The notes under the pieces: model-generated
Told to the model about the DNA's origin: nothing
Database searches by the model: none
What the model saw: only the letters and a program-made list of their open reading frames with translations
Part shown: positions 48,901 to 61,200 of the stretch, piece after piece
Position numbering within the stretch: position 1 is the first letter of the stretch
How the letters are laid out: each line of letters starts with the position of its first letter
Program-made: the position numbers and the translations under genes
Source of the DNA: Ramazzottius varieornatus
Lineage: Eukaryota > Animalia > Tardigrada
DNA length: 64,000 nucleotides
Assembly: GCA_001949185.1 (NCBI GenBank)
Contig: BDGG01000003.1
Coordinates: 4,075,158 to 4,139,157, forward strand
Reading direction: 5' to 3'

Positions 48901-49545
48901 CTGTATCTTTCGTCGGATATTTGGGACGTCGGCAAATGAATCGGACATACTCGTCTCAGCAAACAACAATGAGAACGTGCGCCACTTCGGATGACGATCA
49001 TGTTCAGTTCATTGGCCCATCTTATCTTGATATTCTTACCCGGTGGTGGCCGACGTGGAGTAAAATGGATGGGAAGAACTTCCCGATGATGGATATCCTC
49101 TTCCATACGACATGGTGCCTGAGACTCCCGAGTAATGACCGTAAGGGTTCTCTAGCGACCTCGAAGAACCCGGTGAGTTGTAGAAGCCGTTCTGGGACAT
49201 GACTGCGGCGGCTGCTGCAGCGGAAGAACCACCGGTTTGTAAGGAAAATGATGGATAGAGATTTTGGTACATTTGCGAGGCGGAGGACAAGTTGGAGTTA
49301 TTTTGGACAGCAGCGTAGTAATTTGCACTTGAAGTTGGTGGAGGAATATTATGCGGAATATTGCTGCTGGCAGCCACTACAGACACCCCACTGTTGGCGC
49401 TCTGCATTGCGCCATACACATAAGCGCTTTGTTGAGAAGGGAGATTTTGCAAGGAAGAAGATGGTGGCGAAGAGGTTGTCGAGTCTCCGCCGTCAACGAT
49501 GGCCTGGCTTCGATTATTATATAAACTGCCGGAATGCATCGTCAT
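45932..49545 (-). CDS. FoxC: Forkhead box C transcription factor (crocodile-like), 3 exons (~49039-49545, 46816-47348, 45932-46391)
   Basis: [15 protein letters not shown]...[65 protein letters not shown] is diagnostic of FoxC; Ser/Ala/Tyr-rich flanking exons. Confidence 0.93.
46455..46580. mobile_element. Hairpin MITE family copy (FoxC intron 2)
   Basis: CAAACAAACTC...CCAAGTGGCGCAC-GCCAATAAC-GTGCACCACTTGGG...GTCGAGTTTGTCTACCGAGC. Confidence 0.8.
47396..47600. mobile_element. Hairpin MITE family, double-core form (FoxC intron 1)
   Basis: GGGAGCTCGGCAAACAAACTCGAC, two cores, then GTCGAGTTTCTTT. Confidence 0.8.
47696..48039. promoter_or_regulatory. Candidate intronic enhancer with five K50-homeodomain (TAATCC/GGATTA) sites
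   Basis: GGATTA at 47696, 47894, 47957 and 48034; TAATCC at 47769. Also TGATTA/CGATTA variants, an ETS-like CAGGAAGT and CACCTG/CAGGTG E-boxes. Confidence 0.55.
48180..48285. mobile_element. Hairpin MITE family copy (FoxC intron 1)
   Basis: TTTTCCCAGTGACGCACGCTTT...AAAGCGTGCGCCACTTGG...GAGTTTGTCTGCCG. Confidence 0.75.
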
Positions 49546-50899
49546 TTTTCTCCACCGCACCACCACGTTCAAGAAGTTTTCCCAGACAGATTTGACAAGT
49601 TTACGTATCGGAAGAAAGGACCATTAAACGTTGACAGAGGTCGTGACCGAAGTCTCGTCTTACTCGGACGGCTTCTCAAGAACCGAACTCAAACGTAATC
49701 TAAACAGAGACAAAGAAAGAAATTCTGCAGGAGATCGTTCGACTACGACAAAGACTCGTCGCGCTATGAGGAAATGATAACATGAAGGTGAGATATGTCA
49801 AGCCTATCGAAGATCTACCGTTCGAGTACGGCGCGGTTGTACAAGAGGAGGCAGAAATGAAACCGGCCGGTTGGATATGACAGACTAGTGCTGAAAAGTT
49901 CGTATTGGTGCGCCAGTACTACTGTAGCTACACTTTGTGTCCGAGCTGGCTGTTCGTCTCATCGTATTGTCGTCGTAGTCGCAAATATTGATCTAAAGCG
50001 CGTTGGAAAATTTGATGGGTGCTACTAGCTTCGTAACCGTCGATCGACCAACCCAGACGTCGTCCAACACTTTTGTCTGCGAATGAATACAACTGCAATC
50101 TCTATAACATACTCCAGCACTGCTTTCATTTCACAACAACCAAGGTCTTGATCGACATCAAGCAGTTTTGACGTCGAAATATTCGTTTCCATGTATTTTG
50201 AACCTTTAAAAAATGATTGGCTTTCAAGGCAAAATATTAAGGTTCTTTTTTATCAAGAGCACCTAATTTGTTGCCAAACAAATAAAATTTGCTATGGAGC
50301 ACTCGAATAATTTATTCGTGGCTTGAAAGAACATTGTTAAACAAAACTCGGAAGCGTCTGTGCGTATTTATGAAATAAACAAAGAGTTTTATAGCCGTGA
50401 CCTTTCTAATTAGAATAGATACGCCCTTTCCCTCCTTTTTCCCGAATCCGCTAGTTGAAGAATTCTGCTAGAAGATAGTCTGTAAGTTCAGAATTTTTTT
50501 CTGAGTCGAAGCTTTAACCCGAGTTTTCCTATGCATGAAGACATCGAGGGGGTCATAGCTGGAAGGCGGAAGAGCGAAAAGGAAGTTTAGAGTTGTTTAC
50601 ATTAGGGGTAAACGTCGTACCAGATGTGTCGTGTCTTTTTATTTATCAGAGAAGGAAAAAAGCTTCCCTTAAGATACAACGGCTGTAGACCATCACCCCT
50701 CTCGGATGTACCAAATCCACTGGCGATGAAACTTGCGGGATTCAATGGGATGCGGCTTAAACGCGACCATATGTCGACCATCGGAAAGCTTTCTGGTCAA
50801 TTAATGTCATCATCATGATACAAGCCGAGAAAATTTCAAAATTCCATGCTTCCACCACTGTAACCAGTTTCTCGTCATAACAAGAGCGAGTATATAGAA

Positions 50900-51093
50900 T
50901 GGAGCTAGGCATTCAAGATTGTTTTCCCAAGTGGCGCAATTTTCCACTTCTCTTGGCTAAAAGGGTGCGCCACTTGAAAGAAACGATCTCGTCGAGTTTA
51001 TTTCTTTTCCCCAAGTGATGCACTTTTTCAGTGTTGTCGGCTGGAAGCGTGCGCCACTTGGGTAAATGATTTGCTCGAGTTTCTTTACCGAGG
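50900..51093. mobile_element. Hairpin MITE family, double-core form (upstream of FoxC)
   Basis: Two CCCAAGTG(G/A)(C/T)GCA...GTGCGCCACTTG cores in tandem. Confidence 0.75.
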
Positions 51094-54000
51094 TCCAGAA
51101 TAATGATATTTTCAACTCAAAATTTTTCGGAATTTTCTGCGATAATATCATCTCGACAAGAAACCAGGCTCGACCTTTCGACCTTGAGAAAACTTTTCAT
51201 CTGCCTGGCACATGTCCTGGGCTATTTCATTTTCTTGGGAAATGAGGGAAAACTAGTATGACAGTTTTTATCAATTTTGGCGGGTGGAAAGGCGAAGGAA
51301 GGCCGCTATCGATAGGACTTCACAAGAATGTACGCGGATTATCTGTCAACTGCCCGATTGAGCTTTGGAAGGATTGTTCATGAGACGGGAAGAACGGTTG
51401 CACGTGCACTTGAAAGAGCAGTCAAATAGGGATCATCTTGGATGGACAGCCGAGAATCTTTTCAGAGGTGACTGGGTGTCAAATTGCTGCGTTAATGTCG
51501 CCTAAATCTGCGCGCGAGCTATTTCCTCGTGGATCGCAGCATGCCAAGATGTTAAAATAGTCAACTTTGTCCATCACTGCCTTGTTAGTGCCAATGTCTC
51601 GAGAGATTCGATCTTCCTCAGCGCTCTCGCTACGAGAGAAGGAAGTGCTCTCATCTTCTTCATCATTAATTAATCTGATCATTCCAGCAGTAGGCAAAGA
51701 ATTCCACTGTACAATATCGATTGCCTCTCTGTGGGCAGTCCAAATTGCAGGACACAGATCAAGTTGCGCAGCGATCATATTGTCCGCTCGCGATCGGAAT
51801 AGCCACCCGAAAGGAAGGCCATTTCTCACTGTTATTTAATTTCTCTCAGCAGTTGTCTTCCTTGATGGCAAATTGCAGTCGTGGGTAAAACTGAATTCTG
51901 GATTCAGCTTGGTGTTGATGTTTCAACTGGAGCAGAGTTTCATTGCTGCTGGCTGAAAGTGTGCGCTACTTGAGAAAACTATCTGGTAGGACCTATTTGC
52001 CCAAGTCTCACCATTCGAGCCTGGATGTCCTGGTGTGTCCTTGAGCTGAGAAAGCGGCACTGTATAGCCTTGGTGCGCTATCCGGTGAGAGTTTAGAGGC
52101 TATTGTTAGACCAGCTGAATAGACAAAACGATGATGAAAAGAAACCAGTTCATAGGCACGAGCTATTGTTGAGTGTGTGAATTTCTTCAAGACAGTTCCG
52201 TTACAGTAAACTCTAAGTCCATTGAATAGTTATGGATTATATAGATCAGATCAGGTTCTTTCCAGCAACTGCTCCTTGACAACTTCAATACCCTTCCACC
52301 AACCAGCTCGCTCAAGTGTTATGGTTTGATTACGACTACCTCAAACGACTGTCTGTGTCAAATGACCGTCTGTGCGCTAATTTCTTCACACCATATGCAA
52401 GATCTTGCTCTGCCGGTTTTTCACCCCATATTCATATGGGACCTTTCGAGGTCCCATTTGATTCAAAATAACTGGACAAATGGGGCGTTGGCAAATAGAC
52501 TCAGCCAGATCAGATTTCTAAGCGGCGCATATTTCCGGCTGCTCGTAATCAAAATGTGCGTCACTTCATCTGGCATTTACCCACGTTACAAATGTTGTAA
52601 TTTTGAGAAATTATCCGGACGAGAAGAGTGTGAACGCGTGCAGAAAAGTGCGGAAAACTTAGACCTTAGGATGAAGATTTGGCTGAAACTGAATCTGGAT
52701 TATATATCTTTTAGATCTTCGTGCGCGACTCTTGTGGGTTGGCGGCGTTTGCAGTGTTTGAAAGGAGAAGAGCGGCAATGGGTTATAATCCATTGCAGTT
52801 TTAAATGACATTTATTGTACATCCGAGGTTTGTTTTGATAAGAGCGGAAGTTAATTACACTTGCACCCGATGGCTCTGCTGGCCATGTGTATCTCCGGAA
52901 ATACACCAAGGACTATTCATCCAGGCCGGCAGTGACGTTGGGCAGTGGTGCCCTTTGTGACCAGCCCAATCTCACCCGACCACCAAACAGCAAACATCCA
53001 ACGTGCAAATCACCGTAATCAAATAAACACCCCTAAATCTAAATTTGGTTTACATCCCTCCCAATGAGTTAACTGAGCCAGCCAGATGAAAATCCAACTT
53101 GAGGATGCATAGTTTACGGTGGACTTACCAGTTCGCACTGAAGTCCTCTTGGTCGCGCCACTTGCTTCTTTCGTCCTTCTCTGTGTGTGGACCATTTCTT
53201 CCAGTGGTTTTCGGCCAGCGCCGAACGTGTGCTTACCTGTCAAGGAGTCAGATAAGTTCATTTTGGCTGGATGAGAACGTTTTCAAAATATCACTCTTTC
53301 TTACGCTAGATTTCGCTTTCTGTGTCCATCCTTCTCAAAAAAATACTATCCTCTAATACAGGTTGTTTCCAATCTACTGAATCATTTTTGGCGCACCACG
53401 GAAACTTTGTTTCTGATGATTTTGTTACTGTATTTTATGAACACATAGGCACAATTCCTGAGAACGTCTGGAAAGTTTCGTTGAGTTTGGGTGCCTCCTG
53501 AAAAGCTTATGGCGAAAGTATGAACCCCTCCGATTCTATTTCGGAATAAATTATTCCAGGTGTCTGAGCGGCTCTGCACAAAAGCGACAAAATTCGCAAT
53601 AGTCAAGGCCCTTTCATCCCGGTAAAACAACCGTTCCTGCGCGAATTCTGCCAATCAAGAGATCACAAGTTGAGTGCAGGAAAACAGAAAGAATCGCAAG
53701 TTCAGGCACGCCATATCTGATGAGCGGTAAAGCAGCGAAATCAGATTACAAGCCAATTTTTCACGAAACGTCGAAAACGATTCAGTGTAATTGGAAACAC
53801 CCAGTATTTTTGAATTCTGGCATTGAAATGGCCGAAGTTCAGCTTTTCTGTCTAAGCATTTTTGATTAATTTTATTGATCTCGCTGAACGTGAAAGAATT
53901 CATTTTGTCATCAATATTACTAATAGCTGACAAACTTCGGTGTTTTTCCGCTGGGTCAGAAGGCGTGATGTCACAACGGGTAGCTCGCGAATGCACAACG

Positions 54001-54345
54001 TAATCCGTTCCGGCCCCGAAAAACCGTCCAGAAAGCCTGGAAAGAGATTCACGTCAGCGCATTTCGGGATAAAACGACGTAGCCATCAACAAACAGGCTT
54101 CCGTGTAGCGAGCACCTCACACGAGGATCACCACATAACAGCTATCTTGTCCTGGCCCACATCATGGCGCTCACGCACGGAAGAGGTACATCCCAAGTAG
54201 TTCCGAAGAGATCCCAAATCTGCAACAAAAGACATCTGCCCAATCTGGGGCCACCTGCAATCGGAAGTATCACCCGATCACAAAGTAAACCTGCACCGGA
54301 AACGCCCACTTATCTAACGGCCTTCCACCCAAGGATTTCTTCACG

Positions 54346-54351
54346 TATAAA
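54346..54351 (+). promoter_or_regulatory. Putative TATA box of the neuropeptide gene
   Basis: TATAAA about 90 bp upstream of ATG 54434, followed by a pyrimidine-rich leader. Confidence 0.4.
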
Positions 54352-54433
54352 GGTCTTCAGCACCTTCTAGCTCATCTTCATCTGTACGTCGCCATACTCT
54401 TCTCTTTCTCCGACTTTTTTCACTTTGTCGAAA

Positions 54434-54754
54434 ATGGACGTCTATAAAGCGTTTCACTACATGACGTTCTTATTGTTGATTAGAACTGTTGTTGTGATTT
54501 ATTGCTTACCATTACAGACAGTGCAATCCTATCCTTCCGGTGAGTTTGTGGACAAACGGGGCGCATGGAAGTCTTGGGGATGGGGACCTGCTGGTAAACG
54601 GTCTTCATGGGCATCTTCCTCCACTTCTTCGGATGACCCAGTAATTCAGCCACAAGTGCTAGACTATACTTTCGACTACAACGAGCTTTGCAGTATGTGG
54701 AGATCAGCAGTACTGCAAGGCGTAATCAAAGCATCTACTTTCCATCTGGTTTAA
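54434..54754 (+). CDS. Unclassified neuropeptide precursor (predicted GAWKSWGWGPA-amide)
   Basis: Hydrophobic signal region (FLLLIRTVVVIYCLPL), then KR-GAWKSWGWGPA-GKR, followed by an acidic associated peptide with one Cys. Confidence 0.65.
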   Translation: MDVYKAFHYMTFLLLIRTVVVIYCLPLQTVQSYPSGEFVDKRGAWKSWGWGPAGKRSSWASSSTSSDDPVIQPQVLDYTFDYNELCSMWRSAVLQGVIKASTFHLV

Positions 54755-55283
54755 TGTACAGAATGAACATCAACCGGTGCAACCACACATTTTTAGTTTC
54801 GTTTGCGTCAAATTTAATTTCAAGAGTGTAATCATGGTCAAAGTAAAACAGGATAAAAATGGTTGGCGCACAAGATGCCAATGCCATGTAAAGGTTCAAT
54901 CAAAACGTCAATATGATCTGCTTCGAGAAAGCAGCAAGATAAAGAGAGCTATGCTTTGAAAAATGGTGCAGCTCATTTCGATGTCAATAGGTGGGAGACG
55001 GGACTAAGATGAAAAGGTGCTGATAGATTATGTGCGGTATATTTCATGGACATCTCTTCAAGACGGATAAATAAGGGGACAGTGTAAGTTACTCTGGCTT
55101 CAAGGTCTTCTCTCCTGACTCAACTCAAGATGGTTCCCATATTCATATTCAAGTCAAGAAAATCGTCGTCAGAAGGAAGATTACAGAAAGGAGGTTTTCG
55201 GAGCACTGGAGGATATATTGGTACTGTCATCGAGAAGGGGATTGGACGCTACCTCCTATTCGGGTTAAAAGGATCCAGACCTT

Positions 55284-57102
55284 CTATATGGTAAGCTGGC
55301 GACTTCGGTCCTGCTTATTAGCTACGATCCAAGGATGTGCCAGGACTTGCTTGAGAGGAAGACGATGGCTTCCGAGGTACACCAGCAGCTGGAAAGAGAA
55401 CACAAGTTCTATCGTACTACAGCTCAACCGGAAGATGCTGCCGTCGACTACCTGTCGAATGAGATCAGCCGCGCCTTCACTCATGGAAGGTGGACAGGTG
55501 TAGCTGATGTGGGTGATCCTGCGGGCTGTTTCCATCTGCCCGCCTTCGGCATCCGTGCAGTGGAAAGGTGCCTTGCCTGTCAGCAGCTCGAAGACTAGAA
55601 TGCCCAAGCACCAGATGTCGATCGTCTCATCGTGAGGCTTGTTCTCCACCATCTCGGGAGCCAGGTAGTCCAAAGTCCCGCACATGGTAGCTCGCCTGCA
55701 AGCAGAACAGCTAGACAAACCTTCGACTTGATACACGAGCACATACGGCTATGATTGAAACGCCGGTAAGTGAACTGAACGTGATCGACATCTAAGGTGG
55801 CGCATGCTTTCATTGTTATTGGTTGAAAGTGTGCGCCACTTGGGAAACGGTCTGGTTCCAGTTATCTGCCGAAGTCCAAGTCTCACTTCAGTCTTCGCCG
55901 ATTCGTAACCATTCGTTTACCTGGAATTTGGAGAATGAACGGACCAACCAAAATCAGCAATCTTCAGTTCGCCGTATATACCCAGCAGCAGGTTCTCTGG
56001 CTTGATATCACGGTGGATGATTTTTCTTTCATGGCAGTATATCAGGGCGCTTGCGAGTTCGGTTACATACTACAAAATACAGACGGGTTTCAAACATTTC
56101 TAAACCCGTTACAGAAAGATTTCATAACGGAACTTACAGTGGCGGTTTCGGCATCGTTGAAATGTCCCTTCTGTTCCAGCAGCCTGTACAGTTCACCTCT
56201 GGGAGCGTACTCCAGGATCAGGTATACTTTCGTGGCGTCGTGGAATACGCCATACATTCGGACTATGTGAGGATGCCTGTCTCAAAGCAGAAGCCCAGTT
56301 AATGATAAGAGAATCGATCGTAAGACCAACTCAAAGACAAAGTCCTATTCAGTATACGCGATCATGAAATCACCTCAGATGAGTCTGGATCTCGATCTCT
56401 CGCCTGAGTTGGTGCTCCACTCCGTTCTTCTTCAGCTCCTCTTTGAACATCACCTGTGGTGAGAAGAGCATAGTGTATTTGGTAGAGTCGTAGACTGCTT
56501 CGAAACGTTACCTTCAGCGCGACGACAAAGCGGCTCTTCTTCTCCCTGCCAAGGTAAACTTGTCCAAACTTTCCTTTGCCTAGCGCTCTTCCAACCTCGA
56601 AATTATCGATGGACCACCTGGAAAACAACACCGTACTGTTTTACCATTTCACAACGAGTCAACGATCACATATTATGGAATTTTTATCAAGTATCACAAT
56701 ATGTGAAAGTTACCCTTGTCTCATCATCCCTCCACCAAACAGGGAGTTGGTAGACGAGGAAGACGATGCCGCGACGCCAAGGTTCTTTGCAGGTTGTTGG
56801 TTATGGTTGGACAAAACAGTTGGCTGTTGAGCTTTGTCGACAGGTAACGATGGAACAGCTGTTTTTGGCTCTGCTTCAGTTTCCTTTGCTGGAGGTCCAG
56901 AAGGCATCATGGATCGTTGCGGTAACTTCCTGCCCGCCGTCATACTCTGATGTGAACCTGCCTGAGTAGACAGAGCACTTCGAGCAGCAGGCTTGACGGC
57001 TGTCACATAGTGGGACTGCGTGGAAGGCTTGGTGGAGGGTTTGGTGGTAGTTGCTGAAGGTGGTGGCACGTTCTCTTCCATGGAATTCTTTCGCGCAGCC
57101 AT
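55284..57102 (-). CDS. Aurora kinase (multi-exon)
   Basis: [35 protein letters not shown]; [11 protein letters not shown]; [10 protein letters not shown]; [16 protein letters not shown]; C-terminal D-box-like [13 protein letters not shown] versus B class not resolved. Confidence 0.95.
55760..55875. mobile_element. Hairpin MITE family copy (Aurora intron)
   Basis: AGGTGGCGCATGCTTT-CATTGTTATTGGTT-GAAAGTGTGCGCCACTTGGG. Confidence 0.75.
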
Positions 57103-58203
57103 CTTAGCAAGCTTTGAATGGTCTTACTGAAACAGAGAAACGTCCGAGTAAATGACATATATCCCATCCAGATGCCATAGCACGGGACGGGGTAGTACTT
57201 ATCCTAGAACAGTTGGACGCCAGGCTGGAGAGACAATCGTTTACCTGCTCTATCAGGATTCAACCAGTCTGATAACCCTGCTGTCGTCAAACTCCTCTGG
57301 TCAAACGTAAACGGGTCAGGACCACCATCAAATTCTACAAGGAATGGAAGCAATCAGAGACTTCAGGCTCGGCACGGTGGCAGAAAGGATTGAAAGGAAC
57401 CATAAATGACCAAGTGTGATAACTGGGATGCACTTACGTGGTGGTGATACCGAAGTCCTGTAAGTTTGCAGCCCGCCTTCGTACTTGTAGACTTTGAGCT
57501 GCAGAATCTCACTGAAGGTTACCGTTATATGCTGCGGGAAAGCATCAGGAACTTCAGGAAGGAGTGCAACTTCAGGAACGATGGAGCGTTACGGAGAAAC
57601 TGACGGATTTCAGGAGTTCCAAAGATTCCAGTTCCACCTGGAAGAAAATTAATTGCACACATTGCGATCGACAGAACGAATTGGCGCGACCTGCCGAAAA
57701 TCAACCAATCAGCCACCCAAGTCCCACGGAACTGCAAATTTACTGTTCTAGATCGTTCCTTCTGTTCCGGACATGTTGTGCTATGTCATGGCAAGTCAGA
57801 CTGTTATGTATGGAGCCTGGTAACCCGGACACCGAGACGTGTCGCCCTTCAGCGATGCGGTGATTGGTGAGACGAGTCACACGACTGCGGAGTGATTCCG
57901 GGGAACCCACGTTGCTCTCTCATTTCCCAGTTCTCGTCGTTTGAGTTTTCTGTTTTCTCAGTTTTCTGCTCCTTTGCTGCCGCCAGAAGTCCCAGAATCT
58001 GCCCCGTCCTTACCTGATTCAAAACTCTCGGATCGTTCTTGCAAGAAGCGGAAGGACCGGTACCGCTCTCGGAGGTAAGACTTTCATTTGGACCAGTACG
58101 CATATCTTCGCTGTCTGTTGCGTCCACGCGACGCTTCCTTGCTGCTGTGGACTCGTACATAGTTTGATGTTCTCATCTTTACAGAGTGCCTAACGCTCCT
58201 ATC

Positions 58204-61200
58204 ATGTCGGAGAGTGACGTCGTGGATGACTTGTTGGAAGCTCCGTTTGGCAAGGAAGATGCTAAGGCTGAAGATGTCAGCGCAAACCGGCCAGCAGCGA
58301 GAAAGAGCCAGGTTGGTTGTGGAAATCAGCAAAAAAAATTCCTATAGTAAACGGGACCATCTGGTTTTGGAATCGGAGAGTGATGAGTCGAGCTGAGTGT
58401 ACGCTTGAACTAAAAACATCCGTCTTGTTCTAGGTGTCCGTGCGAATGTTGATTTCTTTAGGTTACAAGTGTTCCCCCAAACACTACGAGAGCAAGGTCA
58501 CTATTAATTTTACCGTTGTAAAACGGCCAAATTATCGATCGGACCTACATGAGATTCTTTATAGCCCGTAAGCTGACGAGAAAGTCCCCCGAACAATCTT
58601 TTCGTATTTTACAGTGCCTGGAATGTGCAGAAGCTACACTGAAACAAACTGTTTGGGGTGAAAGCTCGGTCTGATCCAGCCAGAAATAGTTTCCGCTGGT
58701 CGAAAATAAGTAAAATATACTAACCGTCTGTTGATTTTTTCCTGATCCTCCTGAAAATGACGTTTGACGAATTTTACAGGTGAAGAATGCTGCAGTTACT
58801 TTGCAAAGTTTGCACAAGTGCACTTGCTTTGTTGCCCTCAGAATCACTGCCATTTGTGGTACTTTCTCCTCATTTCTATGGCCACTTGTTGTTTTATGTT
58901 CTGCAGAAGGCACTGATCTTGTAGGGAAAACACCTTTCGGGAGAACGCTGCGGAAATGAAGACCAAAGCAGATTGCTACTGGCACTCTGCAGTTGATTGC
59001 CTTGATTTGCTAGAGTCTGTTTTTAGGTCAGAAAACGAAACAAGCTTCGCGTGTTCCGCTCACAGTTTCGCTCGTTTGGCGTGGACCGGATGTCAAGCTC
59101 GTCTTGCCTGATCACTCTCATTGAGCTTGTTTGATATTCCGTTTCGTCTTTTGTAGTGTGGTAGAAAGTCGAGACCATTAGTCCATTACTTCGGCGACAG
59201 CCCGGTCCGCCGCCATTAACATTCCACTTCCGGCAGCTCCATCAGAATCTGGCCTTTCGAGCTAATTTGTGTCTTTTCTTTCTTGCAGGATTCGCCTAAC
59301 GCTACGTCACCTGAACCGGCAAATGGAACCGATCGCAAAAGCGACACTTCTGACTCGTAAGTTACCTCAACGTTTCCTGATAGCAGGAGGACGAGAACGC
59401 ACGCACCTACATGCATACTGACGCATCATGGTATTCATGCGTTTCGTGTGTCCGGGTGCGTGAGGACTTCTTTTGACTTTGGATATACAAAAGGATGAAA
59501 ACACTGTGCACCACGCATACCTGATCTGCTGATAAACAACAATACCACTTTCTGAATTGCTAAGAACAAATTTTGACAGTGAAGTTTCAAAACTGTTTGC
59601 GGAATTTCACCGGGCTATCTTCTCTCCGTAGGCGAAGACGCAGAGCGAGTCCCAGCCGGAGTCGTTCTCGCACACCCAAACGGAAAAGCAAGAGACGTTC
59701 CCGCAGTCGCAGCACTAGCCGACGACGTCGTAGTGATTCGCGATCCCGAAAGAATCGTCGCAGTCAGCGGAAACGAACGCCGAGCGACAGCGACTCATCC
59801 GAACGAGAACGTGAAAGACGCCGGAAGAAGAAGCGCTCACCGACCAAAAGTCCCTCCACTTCATCACGCAGTCGAAGCCGAGAACGGAAACGAAAGAGTG
59901 TGAGCCGGGATAGAAAGCGAAGCGTCAGTCGAGATCGGAAAAGAAGCGTCAGTCCCGCTCCAAGACGGGATAGAGATCGTCGTCGAAGAGATAGCCGGTC
60001 GCGATCAAGAAGTGAAAGTCCCAGAAGAAGTCCTCCAAGGAGAAGAAGTCGCAGTCGCTCACCGTTCAGAAGAGGCGGTGGTGGAGGACGCGGGTATGGA
60101 TATGGAGGCTTCAGAGATCGGGGAGGATACGGTGGTGGGTACCGTAACGGTGGCGGTTACGGTGGTGGCGGCTATGGTTTCGGTGAGTAAGTCGTCCATT
60201 CTGATGAAAGTCAAACGACAGCTCTGCAAACAAACTATCAGATCGTTATCCCAGGTGGCGTACTGCTTCAGGCAAAGTCATCCAGAATGTGCTCCACTTG
60301 GGACACTATCTGGTCGAGTTTGTTTGCCGAGCTGCCAAACCTCCTCTTTTGACTGAAAGTCTAACTACACGATAAAAGATGGCTTAGGTTGATATTGGCT
60401 TCGTGAACGAAATCTGAGTTGGATTGGTTTTAGGTCGTGGTGGCGGAGGTGGCGGTGGCAGAAACCGACAGTCGATTGAACGCGCCCGATCAGTCCGCAG
60501 TGAGTCGCCAAACCTTCCACCGGAAGAGCGCGATCAGCGGACAGTCTTTGCCATGCAGTTAGCACAGACCATCAACGCTAAGGACCTGGAGAAGTTTTTC
60601 TCGTCGGTGGGCAAGGTGCGCGATGTCCGGCTGATTGTCGACAGTAAGACTAGGCGATCGAAGGGTATCGCTTACATTGAGTTCAGAGAACTGGAAGCGG
60701 TCCCACTAGCTTTGGGTCTTCATGGTCAGAAGCTGAAGAACTGCCCCATGAATATTCAACCGACGCACGCAGAGAAGAACCGAGCGGCGCTGGCAGCAGC
60801 TGGTGCAGTGCAGAAGGGACCGATGAGGCTGTATGTCGGCTCGCTGCACTTCAACATCACGGAAGATATGTTGAAGGACATCTTCGAACCGTTCGGCAAG
60901 GTATGTTTCTCCCAAGCAGGCTCTTACCAACCCACTCTGCTCTTACTGAGCTTCTTTTGCTTTCAGATTGATAGTCTGCAGCTGATGATGGATACAGAAA
61001 CGCAACGGTCTCGAGGATACGCCTTCATTACGGTAAGACACTAGTCACGGTTCGCTCACGACTATCGTCTGTTCGAAAGCTAAAGCTAGAGAAAAACATC
61101 TGGTTTTGATGTTGATGGTTGACTGAAAAGCGTAGTATCTCGGCGACATACGGGAGCCGGGCAAACGAACTTTAGAAGATCGTTTTATAAGCGGCGCACG

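Noticed and set aside
27802-57102. Anillin and Aurora kinase as a cytokinesis gene cluster
   Set aside because: They are separated by more than 20 kb of unrelated genes; nothing suggests more than chance linkage.
57849-58160. Minus-strand ORF MYESTAARKRR... as a separate gene
   Set aside because: It overlaps the probable RBM39 5' UTR exon and intron (donor ~58075, acceptor ~58184), has no homology cues, and the downstream exon-like segments are closed in all frames.
59490-59560. Possible C/D box snoRNA in an RBM39 intron
   Set aside because: Box C is imperfect and I could not identify a terminal stem or an rRNA antisense element; snoscan/Infernal would be needed.
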